Origin: a virus
Lineage: Duplodnaviria > Heunggongvirae > Uroviricota > Caudoviricetes
Virus record (IMG/VR): IMGVR_UViG_3300042514_001345
Length of the DNA: 64,000 nt
Strand: one strand, 5' to 3'
A program made the position numbers and the translations under genes. A model generated the notes under the pieces. It had not been told where the DNA came from. It worked only from the letters and a program-made list of their open reading frames with translations, and searched no databases. Every line of letters starts with the position of its first letter. Position 1 is the stretch's first letter. Below are positions 58,597 to 64,000 of the stretch, one piece after another.

Positions 58597-60931
58597 TAAC
58601 CCTTTTATTAAAGTTGAGTGGGAAGATACTCCAGAGAATCTTACCCAAGAAAGAATCAAACGTGTTAAATCGTATTTCCAAAACAAATACAATAGCACGA
58701 ATGTTAAGATTGTTACAAAGACAATCAACAACTCATCCAATGCGAAGTTGAAATCGTTAGAGGCGTCTGATAATATATTGGACCCTCAATATCAAAAAAA
58801 CTTGGTAAAGGAGTTCTTAACTGAGAACCAGTCAACAATTAAATGGGATTTTATAAATCGTTTAGATGACCGTGTTAATGGTGAAATTGATAAATTAAAT
58901 CAGAACAAGGTTAGATATAATAAATGGTTTATTAAAAAGGTTGAATTCTCAAACTTCCTATCCTATGGTGAAGGGAACGTAATTGATTTTACGGATTTAG
59001 ACGGCATCACAGTAATTGAATCAACACCTAAAAATTTTGGTGGTAAGTCAACCGCAACTGTTGATTTATTGATGTTTTTGTTCTTTAATTCAACAACCAA
59101 AACAAAAACTAACGGAGAGATATTCAACAAGTTTTCCGATTCAGATGAAGTTAAGGTAAAAGGTGAGGTTACAATTGATGGTGATGATTATCTTATCAGT
59201 AGAACTATTACTCGCAAAAAAAGTAAGTCAGGTGAATACACGGTTAAAAATGATTTGGAGTTCTTTAAGAAATCACCAGAAGGCGAATTGATTAATTTAT
59301 CTGGTGAACAAAGAAGAGAGACAGAGATATTAATTACATCCGCTATTGGAACTGAAGAAGATTTCTTATCTACAATTTTAACAACTGGTTATAACTTAGA
59401 AGAACTTATTGAAAGTAAACCAACTGCTAGAGGACAAATCATCACTAAATTTCTTGGGTTAGAATCCTTAAAACAAAAAGAGGATATTGCTAAAGAAATG
59501 TATAGCGAATGGAGTAAGAAGTTGGTTTCAAATACAAATAACAAAACAGATTTAGATGATCAGATTAAAACGTTTGAAGATTCAATTGGGAATTCTAACA
59601 CACAAATTACTGATTTAGGGGTTTCTTTAGATGGGTTTAAAGATACATTAAAAAATCTAGAAGATAGACGAGATTTAATATTGGGTCAAAAAAATAACGA
59701 CATTGATGATGACCTTATAAGAACTAACCCAACCTTGTTGCAAAGAGAGATTGAGGATCTTAAGCGTCTTCAAACATCTAGCAAAACTCAAGGCAATGAT
59801 GTAAGTGTTGTAGAACCATCGCAGTATTATTTGGATGAAGAACACGATAAACTAAAAGACAAAGTTAATTCAATTGTTGTTGATGGTAAGCTCGTGAGTG
59901 AAACTATTACACGTAATGAAAATTTAGTTAATCAATTAGAGAAAGGTAGTGTATGTCCAACATGTCATAGAGCGTTAGATGAGGTTGACCACACTAGTGA
60001 GATTGAAAAAATTAAAAAGGAAATTGAGGGTTTAAAGGATAAACAAACAGAACTAAAATCTCAATACACCGAAGCAAACGACGCTGAAAAGTTATATGCT
60101 GCGATTAAAAAAGAATATGACGAATACGAAAGAAACAAACTTCGTAAAAGTAGATTCGAATTAGAGGTTGAACAAAAACAAGTTGAAATTGATTCTAAAC
60201 AATCAAAGTTAGACCGTTATGATAGTAACAAATCTAAATTGGAAAACAACCAAAAGATTGAGGCAGAAATCATCACTTTAAGAACTAAGATTGAAACAGC
60301 AAATGCTGATATCCAACAAACCTTAAATAATATTGAAAGACATAAAAATAATATTACCAATCTTAAAGAAAAGATTGAAAACAATATTAAGTTGATTGAA
60401 AAAATTAAGGGCGAGGAAGAATACTTACAAGTGTTTAAAACATACTTAATGGTATTTGGTAAGAATGGTATTTCAAAAGTCATATTAAAAAATATGATAC
60501 CACTTCTAAATCAAGAGTTGTCTCGATTACTATTAGATAGTTCATACTTCACACTAGAGTTGAACATTAACGATAAGAACGAAGTTGAATTTATCATGAT
60601 TGATAATGAAACCAGAGTAGTTAAACCACTTAACTCCGGATCTGGTTATGAAAGAACAATATCGTCACTAGCGTTAAGAAGTGTATTAACTAAAGTATCC
60701 TCGTTACCTAAACCAAACATAGTGGTAATGGATGAGGTATTTGGTAAGATAGCTGATGAAAATTTAGAAATGGTTGGTGAGTTCTTTAAAAAGATTAAGA
60801 ATTATTTCGAACATATATTTGTTATCTCACACAACCCATTAATTAGAAACTGGTCGGATAATATTATTATGGTGAAGAAAGATGATAATATATCATCAAT
60901 CGACTACATAACACCTAAAATTAATTACTAA
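58589..60931 (+). CDS. sbcC: Rad50/SbcC (T4 gp46-like) ATPase with an ~110-aa N-terminal extension
   Basis: FSNFLSYG, NFGGKST, zinc hook CPTC, SGSGYE signature, VMDEVFG, ISH. Confidence 0.92.
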   Translation: MYNNPFIKVEWEDTPENLTQERIKRVKSYFQNKYNSTNVKIVTKTINNSSNAKLKSLEASDNILDPQYQKNLVKEFLTENQSTIKWDFINRLDDRVNGEIDKLNQNKVRYNKWFIKKVEFSNFLSYGEGNVIDFTDLDGITVIESTPKNFGGKSTATVDLLMFLFFNSTTKTKTNGEIFNKFSDSDEVKVKGEVTIDGDDYLISRTITRKKSKSGEYTVKNDLEFFKKSPEGELINLSGEQRRETEILITSAIGTEEDFLSTILTTGYNLEELIESKPTARGQIITKFLGLESLKQKEDIAKEMYSEWSKKLVSNTNNKTDLDDQIKTFEDSIGNSNTQITDLGVSLDGFKDTLKNLEDRRDLILGQKNNDIDDDLIRTNPTLLQREIEDLKRLQTSSKTQGNDVSVVEPSQYYLDEEHDKLKDKVNSIVVDGKLVSETITRNENLVNQLEKGSVCPTCHRALDEVDHTSEIEKIKKEIEGLKDKQTELKSQYTEANDAEKLYAAIKKEYDEYERNKLRKSRFELEVEQKQVEIDSKQSKLDRYDSNKSKLENNQKIEAEIITLRTKIETANADIQQTLNNIERHKNNITNLKEKIENNIKLIEKIKGEEEYLQVFKTYLMVFGKNGISKVILKNMIPLLNQELSRLLLDSSYFTLELNINDKNEVEFIMIDNETRVVKPLNSGSGYERTISSLALRSVLTKVSSLPKPNIVVMDEVFGKIADENLEMVGEFFKKIKNYFEHIFVISHNPLIRNWSDNIIMVKKDDNISSIDYITPKINY

Positions 60932-61743
60932 TCGTTTAAGTAACGATAAACGGTTAATAAACCTCTTTCAAAAATCTCCATCGTGATTTCACAATCTACT
61001 ACAGCATTGTGAGCACCTTGGAGTTTTTTCTTTAATTGATTTATCTCATCATCAAACCCAGTGGCTAAAGATTTTAACGCATTTGATTTAGCACCACCTT
61101 CTTTGCCTGGGAACTTATCTAGTTTAGCTTGATAATCAGGGTTATCTTTTGATATTGTGTTTAATATTGGGAAGAAGAAGTTTTTAAAGAAATTGATACT
61201 ATCTATCATCTCATCGGTGCTATCTTTAAAAATCTCGTGGAATTGAATCCATTTTAAATCAAATGGTGCGTTGTGTGCAATTAAAGTAACGTTTTCATGT
61301 TCTTTTAAAAACTCATCAAACTTTTCTAATGCGTTTCTTTCTTCTTCATATGATTCGCTATTTGCTAAATCATAGTGATTAAATTTTAGAATGCCCTTTT
61401 TAGTGTTAAATAACCATCTTTTATATTCGTCACTTTCTTCATCTTCTGGAGCGTCTGGCTCGGTAGTCATCTGTTGAAGAGTTTCGTCATTTAATTTAAT
61501 ACCAATATTAAATCTACCTAATTCAAAAAATCTTAATGTCTCACCATTTATTTGAGTCGCAATTGCTGCGATTTGTGTTAATTGGTTAGCAGGTCTACCT
61601 GCTGGGTTACGATCTAAACCGGTGGTTTCGGTATCAAAAAAGACAAAAGTGTGGTTAACTCTTTTTAAAAACCAATCTAAAAGTTTTTCACTAGGTAACC
61701 CACCAACCTCAATTTCACGTATAATTTTGGACATTTTAATCAT
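60928..61743 (-). CDS. DEDDh 3'-5' exonuclease; start revised to 61743 (or 61734)
   Basis: FFDTETTG, IAHNAPFD, AHNAVVD. Only convincing minus-strand gene; 4-nt convergent overlap with sbcC. Confidence 0.85.
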   Translation of the reverse strand: MIKMSKIIREIEVGGLPSEKLLDWFLKRVNHTFVFFDTETTGLDRNPAGRPANQLTQIAAIATQINGETLRFFELGRFNIGIKLNDETLQQMTTEPDAPEDEESDEYKRWLFNTKKGILKFNHYDLANSESYEEERNALEKFDEFLKEHENVTLIAHNAPFDLKWIQFHEIFKDSTDEMIDSINFFKNFFFPILNTISKDNPDYQAKLDKFPGKEGGAKSNALKSLATGFDDEINQLKKKLQGAHNAVVDCEITMEIFERGLLTVYRYLND

Positions 61744-61746
61744 AAC

Positions 61747-61754
61747 AATAAATA
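61747..61754 (-). promoter_or_regulatory. Candidate late promoter TATTTATT on the minus strand
   Basis: AATAAATA on +, 3 nt from the CAT at 61741-61743. Confidence 0.55.
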
Positions 61755-61792
61755 TTAGAAAAACATTGTTTTTTATTACGGGGATTTTTAAG

Positions 61793-61800
61793 TATATTTG
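61793..61800 (+). promoter_or_regulatory. Canonical Bacteroidota -7 box TATATTTG for clpP
   Basis: Exact TAnnTTTG match, 23 nt before the ATG. Confidence 0.65.
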
Positions 61801-61823
61801 TTCCATACTAAATTAAATCTACC

Positions 61824-62495
61824 ATGACACCCAAAGATTACAAAGATTTCGGTTTGTACGCAAAAGACCGCGGAATTAGTTCCTTAAACATGCATTATCA
61901 TCAAAAAAATATTGAGGGTAGTTTAACTCCATACGTCTTAGAGGAAAGACAACTGAACGTTACACAAATGGATGTGTTTTCACGTTTAATGATGGAAAGA
62001 ATTATTTGGGTGGCCGGTGAGGTTAATGATAATATGTCGGTTATAACTCAAGCACAGTTAATGTTCTTGGACAGTTTAGATACTAATGACATAACTATGC
62101 ATATCGATACCCCAGGCGGAAGCGTTAAATCTGGTTTATCAATGGTTGATGTTATGGATTACATTAAGTCCGATATTAGGACGATTAATACTGGAATGGC
62201 TGCATCTATGGGTTCAATCCTTTTAGGGGCAGGAACGAAGGGAAAACGCGGTTCATTGAGATTCTCAAGAACAATGTTACACCAATCATCTGGAGGTTTT
62301 AGAGGTAACATTCAAGATGCTAAGATTGATATGGTTGAGTGGGATAAATTAAATAACACATTATTTGACCTATTGGGTGGTTATTGTGGTAAAACAGGTG
62401 AACAAGTTAAACAAGATGCGTCTAGGGATCTCTGGTTGAGTTCTGAAGATGCTTTAGCATACGGTATTATTGACGAAGTTGTCAAAAGAAAATAG
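61824..62495 (+). CDS. clpP: ClpP serine protease (Bacteroidota-like N-terminus)
   Basis: LTPYVLEERQLNVTQMDVFSRLMMERII; triad motifs AASMG, MLHQ, SRD. Confidence 0.95.
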   Translation: MTPKDYKDFGLYAKDRGISSLNMHYHQKNIEGSLTPYVLEERQLNVTQMDVFSRLMMERIIWVAGEVNDNMSVITQAQLMFLDSLDTNDITMHIDTPGGSVKSGLSMVDVMDYIKSDIRTINTGMAASMGSILLGAGTKGKRGSLRFSRTMLHQSSGGFRGNIQDAKIDMVEWDKLNNTLFDLLGGYCGKTGEQVKQDASRDLWLSSEDALAYGIIDEVVKRK

Positions 62496-62525
62496 GGTTA
62501 ATTTATTCAACATTTTGGTTTCAAC

Positions 62526-62556
62526 AAAAAGGGAAGTTTTTAACTTCCCTTTTTTT
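62526..62556. terminator. Bidirectional intrinsic terminator after clpP
   Basis: AAAAAGGGAAGTT / AACTTCCCTTTTT. Confidence 0.85.
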
Positions 62557-62569
62557 ATTTATTCCCTTA

Positions 62570-62577
62570 TATTTATT
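62570..62577 (+). promoter_or_regulatory. Candidate late promoter TATTTATT
   Basis: Immediately precedes the left arm of the long-range inverted repeat. Confidence 0.55.
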
Positions 62578-62579
62578 TC

Positions 62580-62594
62580 TAGACCTTGTGGTTG
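62580..62594 (+). repeat. Left arm of a long-range inverted repeat (TAGACCTTGTGGTTG)
   Basis: Pairs with 63519-63533: 11 perfect pairs plus 4 more, two of them G-U. Confidence 0.85.
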
Positions 62595-62673
62595 AAGTCG
62601 AAGTGTCCCAGAGGCATTTGAGTTGGAATTGATACCAACGAATTCGGGTTCAAATACAAAAAAATATAAGGAA

Positions 62674-63513
62674 ATGAACAGAAGAATTTCAGTTAACACA
62701 ACTGGTCTTGCTGTACCACAATCTTTCATTACTAAAGGTAAACAAAGATTAAAACAGCACATTGACACCGTATATCTTAATAACGGTGATGAGTTCGAAA
62801 TCGAACTTTTTAATCCAACACACAATAAAGTTTTAGCAAAAATTGAGATGAATGGTAATGCCGTTGGTAATGGTATTATAATTCGTCCAGGTGAACGCGT
62901 TTTCCTCGAAAGATATCTTGATGAGGCAAAGAAGTTTTTATTTGAAACATATGTTGTAAATGGTGATAATTTAGAAGTACAAGAAGCAATTGCTGATAAT
63001 GGTGATGTGGTTATTAAGTTCTATAACGAAACGCCTCCACCGACATATTATAGCGGTAATTCAGGCACGTTAACGATATCTAACCCAGGTTGGATAAACA
63101 ACACGGGGACACCATTTACCTACACTACACATAATACTTTAGGTATGAATACATTTAATCCTACTAGTATTACAACAACGGGAACAAATGCGGTTTATAC
63201 TTCCAATTCATCTTTAACAAGTGGAACGTTTAGTACCTCAAATACATTCTTAAACAACCCCGATAAGGTTAAAAAATCTAAAAGACAGGTTGAAACAGGT
63301 AGAGTTGAAAAGGGTTCCAATTCTAATCAATCCTTTACATACGATAGTACATCTTTCAATAGTTGGGCGTCTAACACAAATTGGTGGAAAATAAAACCCA
63401 AATCAACTCAATTGGTAACAATGGATGATTTGGCTACATATTGCACTGAATGTGGCAGTAGAAGGAAAAAAGACACATATAAGTTCTGCCCACAATGTGG
63501 CACAAAATACTAA
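62674..63513 (+). CDS. Conserved hypothetical beta-domain protein with an S/T/N-rich linker and C-terminal zinc ribbon; start revised to 62674
   Basis: EFEIELFNP..VLAKIEMNG..GERVFLERY..NGDVVIKFYNE, VETGRVEKG, CTECG..CPQCG. Confidence 0.8.
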   Translation: MNRRISVNTTGLAVPQSFITKGKQRLKQHIDTVYLNNGDEFEIELFNPTHNKVLAKIEMNGNAVGNGIIIRPGERVFLERYLDEAKKFLFETYVVNGDNLEVQEAIADNGDVVIKFYNETPPPTYYSGNSGTLTISNPGWINNTGTPFTYTTHNTLGMNTFNPTSITTTGTNAVYTSNSSLTSGTFSTSNTFLNNPDKVKKSKRQVETGRVEKGSNSNQSFTYDSTSFNSWASNTNWWKIKPKSTQLVTMDDLATYCTECGSRRKKDTYKFCPQCGTKY

Positions 63514-63518
63514 TAAAC

Positions 63519-63533
63519 TAATCACAAGGTCTA
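63519..63533 (+). repeat. Right arm of the long-range inverted repeat (TAATCACAAGGTCTA)
   Basis: Starts 6 nt after the stop codon, just before the terminator. Confidence 0.85.
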
Positions 63534-63538
63534 ACTCT

Positions 63539-63561
63539 GAGGTCGCTTTTGCGACCTCTTT
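63539..63561 (+). terminator. Intrinsic terminator
   Basis: GAGGTCGC-TTTT-GCGACCTC-TTT. Confidence 0.75.
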
Positions 63562-63562
63562 G

Positions 63563-63570
63563 TATTTATA
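63563..63570 (+). promoter_or_regulatory. Candidate late promoter TATTTATA
   Basis: 14 nt before ATG 63585. Confidence 0.6.
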
Positions 63571-63584
63571 ATAAAACAGATAAT

Positions 63585-63920
63585 ATGAAGATTGATAAAA
63601 CAAACATCCTATTAGTTTTGATTGCTTGTTTGGCTGGCTATACCATATTTCAAAATCAAGGTATAAAAACTGACGTTGCGGGTTATAACGCTAAAATTGA
63701 ATCCTTACAAAAGGAAATTGATTCGGTTTATATTGCAAACAAAGAAATAGACAATCAAATCGAAAAAGTTGATAATCACATTGTTAATGTTGATAAAGAT
63801 ATCGACAACGTGACAAAAAACATAACTATTATTAAAAACAACACAGATGAAAAAGTTAATTCTATTACTACTATTGGTAATGTTGAGCTTGAGCAGTTAT
63901 TCGCAAACAGATACAACTAA
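63585..63920 (+). CDS. Membrane-anchored coiled-coil protein (i-spanin/Rz-like candidate); start revised to 63585
   Basis: N-terminal hydrophobic ILLVLIACLAGYTIF followed by a long heptad region. Confidence 0.6.
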   Translation: MKIDKTNILLVLIACLAGYTIFQNQGIKTDVAGYNAKIESLQKEIDSVYIANKEIDNQIEKVDNHIVNVDKDIDNVTKNITIIKNNTDEKVNSITTIGNVELEQLFANRYN

Positions 63921-64000
63921 AGTTATTGTATTAGATACTACTAAAGTTACTATAACAACAAAAGTTGCTAGATTAGTATTTCAAGATTTGCTTCGTTACG
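63847..64000 (+). CDS. Signal-peptide protein overlapping the previous gene, truncated by the window end (Rz1-position candidate)
   Basis: MKKLILLLLLVMLSLSSYS|QTDTTKVIVLDTTKVTITTKVARLVFQDLLRY. Not in the ORF track. Confidence 0.75.
   Translation, partial: MKKLILLLLLVMLSLSSYSQTDTTKVIVLDTTKVTITTKVARLVFQDLLRY

Noticed and set aside
304-60483. Numerous short ORFs nested in or antisense to long genes
   Set aside because: They overlap well-supported genes entirely and show no motifs or expression signals.
62622-62639. GTTG..CAAC hairpin as a solitary CRISPR-repeat mimic
   Set aside because: Only 18 nt, about half a repeat length; the terminal match alone is too weak.
62640-62660. tRNA T-loop-like GGTTCAAAT
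   Set aside because: No T-stem partner, acceptor stem or cloverleaf.
1-64000. Stop-codon reassignment
   Set aside because: Genes are full length in code 11, and TAA, TAG and TGA all end genes at sensible boundaries.

Overview
The window is a 64-kb slice of a large, AT-rich, T4-like (contractile-tail) phage genome in the standard genetic code, almost entirely on the + strand. The host is most likely Bacteroidota: there are no Shine-Dalgarno sites, the leaders are A-rich, promoters resemble TAnnTTTG, ClpP and NrdA/NrdB look Bacteroidota-type, and one signal peptide ends before Gln. Layout: tail sheath, tube, chaperone, tape measure and baseplate hub (1-17.3 kb); small late genes; SSB, UvsX, 5' nuclease, helicase, nrdB and nrdA (18.9-27.2 kb); baseplate wedge and an array of fibre/adhesin-like genes with Pro/Thr stalks (27.3-53.4 kb); RuvC, primase, nucleases and split SbcD/SbcC (53.4-60.9 kb); a reverse-strand DEDDh exonuclease, ClpP, a gene flanked by complementary ends, and a possible spanin pair. 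No tRNA, rRNA, CRISPR array, transposase, reverse transcriptase, intein or intron was recognised. The most notable signals are: (1) a late-type transcription unit whose 5' and 3' ends can form a 15-bp stem around the whole ORF, with a two-state leader; (2) Pro/Thr stalks punctuated by 14 one-Cys beta modules, tipped by VWA or other heads, plus a [ST]-G-x-T motif common in virion proteins; (3) a slippery TTT TTT C frameshift in the tail chaperone; (4) a TATTTAT(A/T) candidate late promoter at 14 gene starts; (5) a ~78-nt candidate sRNA before primase; (6) an apparent Mre11-Rad50 fusion split by three genes. All family calls come from motif recognition by eye; no searches were run.
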